Source of the DNA: Candidatus Kryptoniota bacterium
GTDB lineage: Bacteria > Bacteroidota > Ignavibacteria > Kryptoniales > JAKASW01
DNA: 64,000 nucleotides
Direction: 5' to 3'
Assembly (NCBI GenBank): GCA_024641705.1
Contig: JAHECO010000003.1
Coordinates: 75,826 to 139,825, forward strand
Below, one piece after another: positions 19,593 to 27,735 of the stretch. The notes beneath the pieces are model-generated. The model did no database searches, was not told the origin of the DNA, and worked only from the letters and a program-made list of their open reading frames with translations. Positions within the stretch are counted from its first letter, which is position 1, and each line of letters opens with the position of its first letter. The translations under genes were made by a program, and so were the position numbers.

Positions 19593-20210
19593 TCAAAGGA
19601 AGCCTGATCGGTCATCTTCGTTCGACGGCCACCTCCCGGGGTTGTTGTAAATATATTCACGGATACGGTTCAGCTCATCCTGGTTCCGGACAATATGTTC
19701 ATAGTAGTTTCGTTGCCATACCGGCGCTCCGGGTGAACGGTTGGTTTCGTTTATCCTTTTGGTCGATTCGTATTTGAAAAACGCGACGATTTTTCCCGGC
19801 GTTATTTTGTAGGGGCGGCGTTGCGTCGCCCCAATCGAAATCGGTTCGTTGTTGCCGCCGGGTTCATGTCGCGAATCGGGGCGATGTGACATCGCCCCTA
19901 CGTAGGGATTCGCAACATCGTTGATGATGATTATTCCGTGAAAATGGTCCGGCATAACGACGAATGCGTCCGTCTCGACGTTCTGATATTTCTTTGGAAT
20001 CTCCTTCCAGCATTTCTCGACGATCTCTCCGAGATAATTGGTTTTCATTTCCGCGTGGACGATCTCACCGAATAGATGCTGTCTATCCTTTACTCGGACC
20101 GTGATGAAATATCCTCCCGGCTGTGAATAATCGTAATCTTTCAGCCTGATTGATCGGCGGTGATGTTTGTGAGGATCATACGTCATGGCATGTCGGGAGA
20201 TATGGCTCAT
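19593..20210 (-). CDS. IS200/IS605-like Y1 (HUH) transposase, REP-associated (RAYT) type
   Basis: HUH motif (PDHFHGII), catalytic Tyr region (WQRNYYEHIVRN) and the Gly/Pro-rich insert typical of RAYT-like proteins. Confidence 0.8.
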   Translation of the reverse strand: MSHISRHAMTYDPHKHHRRSIRLKDYDYSQPGGYFITVRVKDRQHLFGEIVHAEMKTNYLGEIVEKCWKEIPKKYQNVETDAFVVMPDHFHGIIIINDVANPYVGAMSHRPDSRHEPGGNNEPISIGATQRRPYKITPGKIVAFFKYESTKRINETNRSPGAPVWQRNYYEHIVRNQDELNRIREYIYNNPGRWPSNEDDRSGFL

Positions 20211-20251
20211 CCGGGACAGGAAACGTGAGAGCTATCTGGGTCGGCTCCATG
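20211..20251 (+). repeat. 41-bp direct repeat, copy 2
   Basis: Immediately abuts the RAYT start codon. See 19428..19468. Confidence 0.6.
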
Positions 20252-20383
20252 CGTCGCGGATAATTTTTTGAAGGAAGATACTTTTCAAGAAGGGCAGAAA
20301 CGTAATTTGTGATAGAGCCATCCAACGCTCCATGATGTTTGCGCGATGTAAAAGAGCGTTAATGACGGATGCCGGCAGGGGGC

Positions 20384-20482
20384 GACTTCGGATCGGCGGG
20401 TCACCAGATCGCATCTGCCCGGCTGCACGACTATCGATATGATGCGGGGCGGAGGCACGCGGGTGTTGCTAAATGGGAAAGA
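20384..20482 (+). repeat. ~99-bp direct repeat, copy A (flanks TA cassette)
   Basis: About 80/99 identical by hand alignment to 21145..21243, with a shared core atgatgcggggcggaggc..gggtgttgcta. Confidence 0.6.
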
Positions 20483-20485
20483 ACG

Positions 20486-20773
20486 CTAACCAGAAGAGAG
20501 GTTCTGACGACCGTGTACTACCGTGATGATATATATCGTCGATTTCGTTACTCTGTATATGATGCGGTAGCCATCAACGATTACTTCCCGGAAAGCCGGA
20601 TCGTTGATCTCAGGCACCTTTCTACCGCTCAGTGGAAACTCCCTAAGACGGTCCACGGCACCGAACAGTTTTGAAACGACAACGCGGGCATAATGCAATG
20701 AATCGCGCTCGATGAACCTGCCGATTTACTCGACGTCATCGACAGCGTTTATCGTCCATGTTATTTTAGCCAT
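20486..20773 (-). pseudogene. RelE/ParE-family toxin with premature stop
   Basis: ATG at 20773 gives MAKITWTINAVDDVE-TAA(20728..20726)-IGRFIERDSLHYARVVV..FPLSGRKVPE..YRIIYRV..I.IITVVHGRQ. The full ParE-like layout is interrupted at codon 16. The start overlaps the antitoxin 3' end. Confidence 0.65.
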
Positions 20774-21012
20774 CGATCCAAACGCTTCTTGACCTCCTTG
20801 TGAGCGAGAGTCTTCTTCCGGTTTACATCATCCTGTCCGCGCTCGATCTTCTGCAGGACATAGAGCTCGTACATAATATCATCGTATGTTACATCGATGG
20901 GAAGTCTCTCCAGTGCTTGGATTGCTGAAGCCTTTGCGTTTGATATCGTTTCGGAACCTGAGATCTCTCGCTTTGCCCTGTACAAACCTTGTTGTTCCTT
21001 CACTTTTGCCAT
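20761..21012 (-). CDS. putative antitoxin of the RelE/ParE toxin
   Basis: 83-aa ORF directly upstream of, and overlapping, the toxin start. The C-terminal YELYVLQKIERG...EVKKRL pattern is seen in antitoxins paired with ParE-like toxins. Confidence 0.6.
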   Translation of the reverse strand: MAKVKEQQGLYRAKREISGSETISNAKASAIQALERLPIDVTYDDIMYELYVLQKIERGQDDVNRKKTLAHKEVKKRLDRWLK

Positions 21013-21144
21013 TAAGCTCTTCTCCTCTTTCGTTCCTATCTGTAGAAAGCTTAAGAAGAAACCTCATAAGAAACCACTCTATGCAGCACCAGGATGGTTG
21101 TTAAGCATCAAAGAACATTGAGACCGGCGCCGGGCCCAAACCAG

Positions 21145-21243
21145 CTTCGGCAAGACCGGGTCATCAGATCGGATCTGCCCGTCTGCATAGCCATCGGGAT
21201 GATGCGGGGCGGAGGCCCGTGGGTGTTGCTATGTGTGAAAGAA
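21145..21243 (+). repeat. ~99-bp direct repeat, copy B
   Basis: See 20384..20482. Confidence 0.6.
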
Positions 21244-21307
21244 CAATTAAGCATCGTAATCTTCTCACTCTGAATCTTTTCCACTTGGTAGTTCGAGTAT
21301 CTTTATT

Positions 21308-21766
21308 TCAGGTAATGATGCGCCAATCATTCCCTGAAGGTCCCCATACATACCCGACGTGTTCTGGATGACTCGTTGGATCTGTTTTTCGCGTTTCGAC
21401 CAAACCGTAGCCGACATGATCGTAAAGTGACACTAAGCTGAAATTCATTTTCCTCGGCTGCATACAGGTCTCGTTGAACCATTTGACGACCGGATGATCC
21501 CTGAAGGGCTCAAAATACTTCAGTACTTCCTCCTTGTAGCGAAACGAGTCCGGCTGCATCAGGAACCCAAACGTGCGCGGATATTCGCTGATGGCCTGGA
21601 CGATGGATATCAGTTCCACCTGGGGCAGGACCGTGTAATGAATGGAATTGTACTCCGTCGCAACCGGGTCGGGTAAATGGTAAGACGGGCCTGTGGGTGA
21701 AGCATGGCACACGCATGGAACCCAAAGCAGCGTGAGCATTGTCAGCATGACGGGGAGGTTCTTCAT
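21308..21766 (-). CDS. DUF4932-like secreted protein, apparently C-terminally truncated
   Basis: Signal peptide MKNLPVMLTMLTLLWVPCVCHA. PQVELISIVQAIS...YFEPFRDHPVVKWF resembles the DUF4932 N-terminal region. It is only 152 aa, whereas the family is normally far longer. Confidence 0.4.
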   Translation of the reverse strand: MKNLPVMLTMLTLLWVPCVCHASPTGPSYHLPDPVATEYNSIHYTVLPQVELISIVQAISEYPRTFGFLMQPDSFRYKEEVLKYFEPFRDHPVVKWFNETCMQPRKMNFSLVSLYDHVGYGLVETRKTDPTSHPEHVGYVWGPSGNDWRIIT

Positions 21767-21969
21767 TGTACTGTCCCCTTTCTGTGGTTCGGTAAACTGT
21801 GCACGACTATTGGGTTCATACGGAAAGCGATGGATTAGGTTCCGCGGGATGCTGAGAAGGGAAATTCCCTTTGTGACTCTGTGCCTCCTTTTCTCAGCGC
21901 GTTTGTACGGTTCAGGTGGATTAGTTAGCATATTGAACCGATGGACAAAGCAGAACGGGAAAGATCGAT

Positions 21970-23007
21970 ATGAAAGCAGCTTTGCTTACGGCACCGAGGA
22001 AATTCGAAATCAGGGAGGTGCCCGACCCGAAAATAAAAAACGACACCGACGTATTGATCAGGATAAAAACTGTAGGCGTCTGCGGGTCGGATATGCATTA
22101 CTATACTACCGGAAGGATCGGCACGCAGGTCGTTCAATATCCCTTCATTGTCGGCCATGAGACCTCTGGTATCGTGGAGAAGACGGGTAAAGCCGTGACG
22201 CGCGTGAAGCCGGGACAGAAAGTAGCGATCGATCCTGCCGTATCCTGCGGTAAATGCGACCAATGCAAGGCCGGAAGGGAGAACACGTGCCGGGAGCTCC
22301 GGTTTCTCGGAGCACCGAAACAGCTCGACGGTGCGCAATGCGAGTATATAGTACTCCCGGAAGACAACTGTTTCCCTATGCCGGACCACATGACGTTCGA
22401 GCAGGGCGCGCTATCGGAACCGCTGGCGATAGCGGTATATGCCGTCGAAAGGTCGTCGCTTCCTCCCGCAGCCAACCTCGCGATTCTCGGAACCGGGCCG
22501 ATCGGGATGTCGGTGTTTCATGTGCTGAGGACAAAGGACGTTGGTAATGTTTATGTTACGGACAAGATCGAAGAGCGCCTGGCGTTCGCGAAGAAGCTGG
22601 TCCCGACCTGGGCCGGGAATCCTGATCGGGTGGACGTCGTGAAGCAAATTTCCGCCGCCGAGCCGACCCAGCTCGATGTTGTATACGAATGCAGCGGTGA
22701 TCCGGAAGCTATCGCTCAAGCCGTGCAGCTGGTGAAACCGGGAGGGAACCTCATGATTGTCGGAATACCGGAGGTGGACCATGTGTCGTTCCCGATGCAT
22801 GAGCTGCGGCGAAAGGAGATTACGATCATAAACGTGCGCCGGCAGAATCACACCACGCAGAAGGCGGTCGCCCTTCTTGTCGAGAAACGGATAGACATGG
22901 ATTCGATGGTCACCCACCATTTTGGGCTGGAGGAAACTCAGAGAGCCTTCGAGCTTGTAGCCGGCTACAGGGACGGTGTCATGAAGGCAATGATAGAAAT
23001 CGGTTAA
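21970..23007 (+). CDS. zinc-dependent alcohol/polyol dehydrogenase (MDR family)
   Basis: GVCGSDMHYY, GHETSG, structural-zinc CGKCDQCKAGRENTC, and GTGPIGM Rossmann motif. Confidence 0.85.
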   Translation: MKAALLTAPRKFEIREVPDPKIKNDTDVLIRIKTVGVCGSDMHYYTTGRIGTQVVQYPFIVGHETSGIVEKTGKAVTRVKPGQKVAIDPAVSCGKCDQCKAGRENTCRELRFLGAPKQLDGAQCEYIVLPEDNCFPMPDHMTFEQGALSEPLAIAVYAVERSSLPPAANLAILGTGPIGMSVFHVLRTKDVGNVYVTDKIEERLAFAKKLVPTWAGNPDRVDVVKQISAAEPTQLDVVYECSGDPEAIAQAVQLVKPGGNLMIVGIPEVDHVSFPMHELRRKEITIINVRRQNHTTQKAVALLVEKRIDMDSMVTHHFGLEETQRAFELVAGYRDGVMKAMIEIG

Positions 23008-23202
23008 ACCCGGGAAATGCAATAGCACACGGATGACACATGAGCGCCCTGCGCCATCTCGCATATCCTATTTTTACAAGAATGAGCGGGAGAAAGGACT
23101 GATTTTCACTGATTGATAAATCACTTGTTCTCAGATCCGCGAAAATCCGTTTCATTCGCGTAATCTGTGTTCTATTATTTTCTAATGGATGATTCGAGTC
23201 GA

Positions 23203-24732
23203 ATGTCAGCGACAAGGACAAAACATGTGGGAGAAGAAGGCGATCTTGTCGTAGGCCTCGACTGCAGCACCACGAGTACAAAAGCGATCGCCTTTGACAG
23301 GCACGGGAAAGTGGCGGCGTTCGCCGGCGAAGCGGTCCCTCTCCATTCTCCGCAGCCGAATTATTATGAGCAAGAGGCGAACGATTGGTGGCACTCTGCG
23401 CGGAAGGCGCTGAAGGAGATCACCCGCTCGGTCGGTCCTGAAAGGATCGCTGCGCTTGCCGTTTCAAACCAGAGAGAGACTTTCGCCGCCTTGGACCGGA
23501 AGGGAAAGCCTCTCAGGCCGGCCGTAGTGTGGTTGGATGAAAGATGCAAAGATGAAGTGGAATCGTTCTCGCGAAAGATCGGGAAGGAGAGGATACACCG
23601 TATAACCGGCAAGCCTCCGGACTACGCGCCGGTTGTGTATCGCCTGGCCTGGATGAAGAGAAATGAGCCGGATCTTTTCAGAAAGATCGGAATGATCTGC
23701 GACGTGCATGCATACCTCGTGTGGAAATTGACTGGGTCATTCAGAACAAGCCTGGCGAGCGCCGACCCGCTCGGCCTGTTCGGCATGAGAAGAAGGGAAT
23801 GGTCCCCGATAATCCTCCGCGCGCTGGGAATGAAGGAAAGTCAGCTGCCTGAGACTTTCTTTCCTGGCACAATTCTCGGAACAGTCTCCCTGGCGGCATC
23901 GAAGGCGACAGGCCTCCCCGCCAGTACGTTGATCGTCGCGGGCGGCGGTGACGGGCAGGCTGCCGGACTCGGATCGAACGTGCTTGCGCCGAGCCGGGCA
24001 TATCTTAACCTGGGGACGGCGGTTGTGGCCGGTATCTATGGTGCCGAGTACAGAACGGACAGAGCATTCCGCACGATGAGCAGCTGTTCGGGCGGCGGTT
24101 ACTACTACGAATGCAGCCTGAGGACGGGGACGTTTGCGGTCGATTGGCTGATAAGGAAAGTGCTGAAGATCGATCCGTTGCGGCAGCCCGGCATTTATGA
24201 ACAACTCGAGCGAGAGGCACGGCAGGTTCCAGCGGGAAGCGAAGGGCTCATTCATCTACCCTACTTGTGCGGCGCGATGAATCCGTACTGGGATGTCGAC
24301 GCGAGGGGCGCGTTCGTCGGCCTCTCCTCATCGCATACCCGCGGGCATATCTATCGTTCTATACTTGAAGGAATAGCGTTCGAGCAGCGGTTCGCGCTAA
24401 GTGCCGCCGAGAGAGCGGTCGGCAGGCGTGTGAAGGAACTCGTCGCGATAGGCGGAGGCGCAGCGAGCAAGTTGTGGCTCTCGATAATGGCGGATGTGAC
24501 CGGGAAGAATATTCTGGTGCCGGCCAGTACCGAGGCATCCGCGCTCGGTGCGGCGATTGCAGCCGGCGTCGGTGCTGGGTGGTACGGAACATTTGAGTCG
24601 GCCGCGAGAGAAATGACAGGGAAGACAAGAGAAGTCAAGCCCGACAGGAAACGACTTGCAATGTATTCCCGCCTGTTCAAAACTTACGCGAATATTTATC
24701 AGCTCCTTAAGCAGGCCGGAATCGACGGTTGA
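23203..24732 (+). CDS. FGGY-family carbohydrate kinase (xylulokinase-like)
   Basis: VVGLDCSTTSTKAIAF, SNQRETF, and GGGAASKLW..ADVTG motifs. Start chosen at MSATRTK. Confidence 0.8.
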   Translation: MSATRTKHVGEEGDLVVGLDCSTTSTKAIAFDRHGKVAAFAGEAVPLHSPQPNYYEQEANDWWHSARKALKEITRSVGPERIAALAVSNQRETFAALDRKGKPLRPAVVWLDERCKDEVESFSRKIGKERIHRITGKPPDYAPVVYRLAWMKRNEPDLFRKIGMICDVHAYLVWKLTGSFRTSLASADPLGLFGMRRREWSPIILRALGMKESQLPETFFPGTILGTVSLAASKATGLPASTLIVAGGGDGQAAGLGSNVLAPSRAYLNLGTAVVAGIYGAEYRTDRAFRTMSSCSGGGYYYECSLRTGTFAVDWLIRKVLKIDPLRQPGIYEQLEREARQVPAGSEGLIHLPYLCGAMNPYWDVDARGAFVGLSSSHTRGHIYRSILEGIAFEQRFALSAAERAVGRRVKELVAIGGGAASKLWLSIMADVTGKNILVPASTEASALGAAIAAGVGAGWYGTFESAAREMTGKTREVKPDRKRLAMYSRLFKTYANIYQLLKQAGIDG

Positions 24733-24744
24733 GCCGTCGGCTCA
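24730..24744. terminator. hairpin formed by two convergent stop codons
   Basis: tgagcc-gtc-ggctca. The TGA of the kinase and the TGA (tca) of the minus-strand methyltransferase are the stem ends. Confidence 0.3.
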
Positions 24745-25554
24745 GCTTCTTATCCCTTCTGCCCATGAAACCGCGTACCACAACGCCGCATCGGGCCTCT
24801 CCCGCCAGTCCTCGAACGACGCGATAATATCGGTGAATTTTTTCTCCTCGAACAGGCCCTGGCGCACGACCTCTTCCTTCGCCCCATCTATGACGCCGAT
24901 GAGGTTATCAACATAGATGTCGAAACGATTTTCGCCCGAGCAGCTTCCGAAGAAGATCCATGTGTTTCGAACCGGCCTGGCACCCGAGTCGTGCAGAAGG
25001 GAGACGAGCTTCCGGCCTACATCCGGATCGTTGCCGAGTGCCGAGTAGGTTTTCATGTAGGCTTTCCATAAGTCGGCAAAGCCGGGTATCTCCGGATAAA
25101 CGCGGAGGATATCGTGATTGTCGTCCGCAAGAACGACCCGTCCTCCCGGCTTGACGGCCCGTACCATCTCCTTCACCACGTTCAACGGATCGGGAACGTG
25201 CTCGAGGACGAAACGGGTTACTGCCAGGTCGAACGTTCCCCGTTCGTCGTCACGAAGCGGGAGACTTCTTGCATCGCCCTTCCGGAACTCGACGAGATCT
25301 TTCTCTCCGTCTTTGCTTGCCTGGCGGACGGCTTCCGCGATCTGTTCATCGCTTCTTTCCACGCCGATGACCGTTCTTCCTGCGGCTCTGGCCATCGCTC
25401 GCGAGAACTGTCCCAACCCGCTACCGACATCCAGGATTTTCTCGCCGCCCGAAAGCGACAGCTCCTTCAGGCATGCTTCGTTTAAGAGAACGGTATTTAG
25501 GAGCGTGAGTCGCTCCTGCTCTTCGGGGTCGGTGCCGTGAATGTATTTTGACAT
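24742..25554 (-). CDS. class I SAM-dependent methyltransferase
   Basis: ILDVGSGLGQFS motif I and a typical Methyltransf_11/25 layout. ATG at 25554 (MSKYIHG). Confidence 0.8.
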   Translation of the reverse strand: MSKYIHGTDPEEQERLTLLNTVLLNEACLKELSLSGGEKILDVGSGLGQFSRAMARAAGRTVIGVERSDEQIAEAVRQASKDGEKDLVEFRKGDARSLPLRDDERGTFDLAVTRFVLEHVPDPLNVVKEMVRAVKPGGRVVLADDNHDILRVYPEIPGFADLWKAYMKTYSALGNDPDVGRKLVSLLHDSGARPVRNTWIFFGSCSGENRFDIYVDNLIGVIDGAKEEVVRQGLFEEKKFTDIIASFEDWRERPDAALWYAVSWAEGIRS

Positions 25555-25694
25555 GGATTCTCCTCGCTGGTCCAGCAATGCCGAAGTTCTTTTGGTCGAA
25601 ACAATTTAAAGATGTGAGCGGAAATTATCCTACGAAGTTGTCCGGAGTCGATCGAGTTTTTCTGGTCGACAAAAACGCGGATGTAGGCGGCAGC

Positions 25695-26486
25695 TTACTT
25701 GAGCCGCTTCACCCGCTTCAATATCAGCTTGCGGATCTTGTCATAAGACGGAGGTGGGCCTGTCCAGACGCGCTTGCGGTCGATGAAGAGGGCATCGGAA
25801 ACCCCGTGCCGCATGATGTCCGCGCGATCGAAGGTATCGAAGGCGCGGAACACGACCTTGTCCGCAAACTGCGGCTCGGCAGCCGCCCGCTTCGCGCGCT
25901 CGCAGGACATGTTCTGCGCCGGACACCATCCGCTGCAAAAGGCCGAGACAGTAACCTTGTTCTCGACGAGGTCGGGTTCGTATTTGCCCCTGATCCATTT
26001 TGGGGGCACCGCGTCCTGAGAGAACGGCTTCCACATCAGGGCCTGCATGCCGAGCCTGTCGACAGTGCGAAAGCCGTGCTTCCTGAACCACGATGCACGC
26101 ATGAAGACAGGAATGAGAATTCCCCAGGCGACGATGCCCTTCGAGCCGAGCTCGCGGGCATCGGCTTCAGCTGCCTCGAGGAGTGCAGTGCCCATCCCGT
26201 GACGACGGAAGTCACCGCGTCCCTGCTTGTAGCCGTGGACCCATATGCAGTTGATGAAATAGAGGTCCTTCCCGTCGACAAACGAATGTTCGATGGGGAC
26301 GTACTGGATCATTCCGCCGACCGTTCCTTCATCATCGACTGCAAGTTTGACCCTGAGACCTCTGTATCTCATCCTTTTGTACCATGTTTCCTTAAGGTCA
26401 CCCGCCTCCTTCATCTCGTCGGACCAATCTTCGAGGCAGACGAGATAAAGGGGAAGATTGGAATCATCAAGATCGATTATTTTCAT
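25695..26486 (-). CDS. GNAT family N-acetyltransferase with thioredoxin-like C-terminal domain
   Basis: QGRGDFRRHGMGTALLEAAE acetyl-CoA motif. The C-terminal half (VSAFCSGWCPAQ..) resembles small thioredoxin-fold proteins. Confidence 0.65.
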   Translation of the reverse strand: MKIIDLDDSNLPLYLVCLEDWSDEMKEAGDLKETWYKRMRYRGLRVKLAVDDEGTVGGMIQYVPIEHSFVDGKDLYFINCIWVHGYKQGRGDFRRHGMGTALLEAAEADARELGSKGIVAWGILIPVFMRASWFRKHGFRTVDRLGMQALMWKPFSQDAVPPKWIRGKYEPDLVENKVTVSAFCSGWCPAQNMSCERAKRAAAEPQFADKVVFRAFDTFDRADIMRHGVSDALFIDRKRVWTGPPPSYDKIRKLILKRVKRLK

Positions 26487-26545
26487 GCCGATACTCCGTT
26501 CAAGTATGCCCTTCTGCGGCAATATGTGTTATATGACTGGTCGCC

Positions 26546-26983
26546 TCACGCGCTTGCGGGTTTTCCGCCTTTTAGATCGTGCGCGAAGCCGGAAATGTAT
26601 GCGACGTTTATGAGGATGAGCGACGCAAGGAGGCACATCCAGCATATCATCAAAACAGTATCCGGATCCGGTACTCCCGGAACGAAACGGACCGACCAGA
26701 CCACAATGAATAGACTTATAATTATGGCCGCAATGCCGGTAGTCAGGAAGTTCGGGATTACCGTGAAAGCATCGTCGGTGCCGTACTCCCACATAAGCTG
26801 CGACGGCCCGATGGACTGGATCAGGAAGGAGTTCGTGGGGGTGTTTCCCTGAAGCGTCTCGAAGAAGCCGTGATGGAGCCCGGCGATCGCGAACGTGCAA
26901 CCCAGGATGGCAGTGATGGTTCTCGTCGCCTTGTTAACTCCTCGGGAGGATGCTGTCGAAGTACCGTGGAACTCGCCCGTCAT
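26546..26983 (-). CDS. hypothetical membrane protein
   Basis: 145-aa ORF with 3-4 hydrophobic segments. Its ATG overlaps the stop of an upstream small ORF (ATGA). Confidence 0.5.
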   Translation of the reverse strand: MTGEFHGTSTASSRGVNKATRTITAILGCTFAIAGLHHGFFETLQGNTPTNSFLIQSIGPSQLMWEYGTDDAFTVIPNFLTTGIAAIIISLFIVVWSVRFVPGVPDPDTVLMICWMCLLASLILINVAYISGFAHDLKGGKPASA

Positions 26984-27135
26984 TCTCGCTCCTGTTCCAC
27001 TCGTCTCATCACGAGTTTTATAGCCGCATTCTGATTCTTCATGTTACCTATGATGACGTCTTCACGCGTGTCGATCCGGAAATTCAGGGTGTCACTAAGT
27101 ATCACCTCGAACCTGCCCGAAGAATCGACCGCCAC
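26980..27135 (-). CDS. possible 51-aa ORF (below track threshold)
   Basis: A GTG at 27135 gives (M)AVDSSGRFEVILSDTLNFRIDTREDVIIGNMKNQNAAIKLVMRRVEQERE*. Its stop overlaps the downstream ATG as ATGA. Confidence 0.25.
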   Translation of the reverse strand: MAVDSSGRFEVILSDTLNFRIDTREDVIIGNMKNQNAAIKLVMRRVEQERE

Positions 27136-27206
27136 ATCTCTTCTTGCCGACCCTTTCTTGAAATACGCCGTCGGAGGTATTTACAGCTCAGATCTCTCTT
27201 TGCTCT

Positions 27207-27626
27207 TCAGAAAGTCAGCACGTGCCAGCCGTCCTTCTGAAGGTCGGCGAGCATGCGGCCGGTGTACATAACGTTTATGCCGAGCACAGACAGTTTGTCG
27301 GAAATTCCGTACAGGTCGGCGCATCCCTTGCAGGCGTACAGCTCGATCCCGGCCTTCTTCAGCTCGTCTAACCCTTCCTGAAGCTCCTTATCCTCAGTAA
27401 GGAGTTTGCCCGAAGGGCCCCATATGAGGAGACGGACGGTGTCCATCCATTCGTACTTCTGGCAATTGAGCGCGTACATGAACACCATCTTGAGGGCGAC
27501 TTCGCGGTCGCCGCTTGTCCAGACTATCAGTTGTTTCTCTTTTGCCGGCTGTGTGGCAGTCTGCGCGTTTGCCTTCGGGCAGAACGCGAGGCTGCAGAAA
27601 AGAGCCAATGTCAGTAAGGATTTCAT
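27207..27626 (-). CDS. DsrE/DsrF-like family protein with signal peptide
   Basis: MKSLLTLALFCSLAFCPKANA signal. LIVWTSGDREVA...YACKGCADLYG resembles DsrE-fold proteins. Confidence 0.55.
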   Translation of the reverse strand: MKSLLTLALFCSLAFCPKANAQTATQPAKEKQLIVWTSGDREVALKMVFMYALNCQKYEWMDTVRLLIWGPSGKLLTEDKELQEGLDELKKAGIELYACKGCADLYGISDKLSVLGINVMYTGRMLADLQKDGWHVLTF

Positions 27627-27735
27627 TCTAAGTTTCTCCTTTAGTTTTAACAGAAGTTCGAGCGGGGGTGCCGGGACATAACTTTCCGCAGCACGGAGAA
27701 CCACACTTGGTATAGAGGTCCGCCGATCATCATGA

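Noticed and set aside
20384-21243. Integron attC sites flanking the TA cassette
   Set aside because: TA cassettes are common in integrons. However, I could not find the R''/R' (RYYYAAC / GTTRRRY) boxes or the expected imperfect palindrome in the 99-bp repeats. The two copies are direct near-duplicates, and no intI gene is present.
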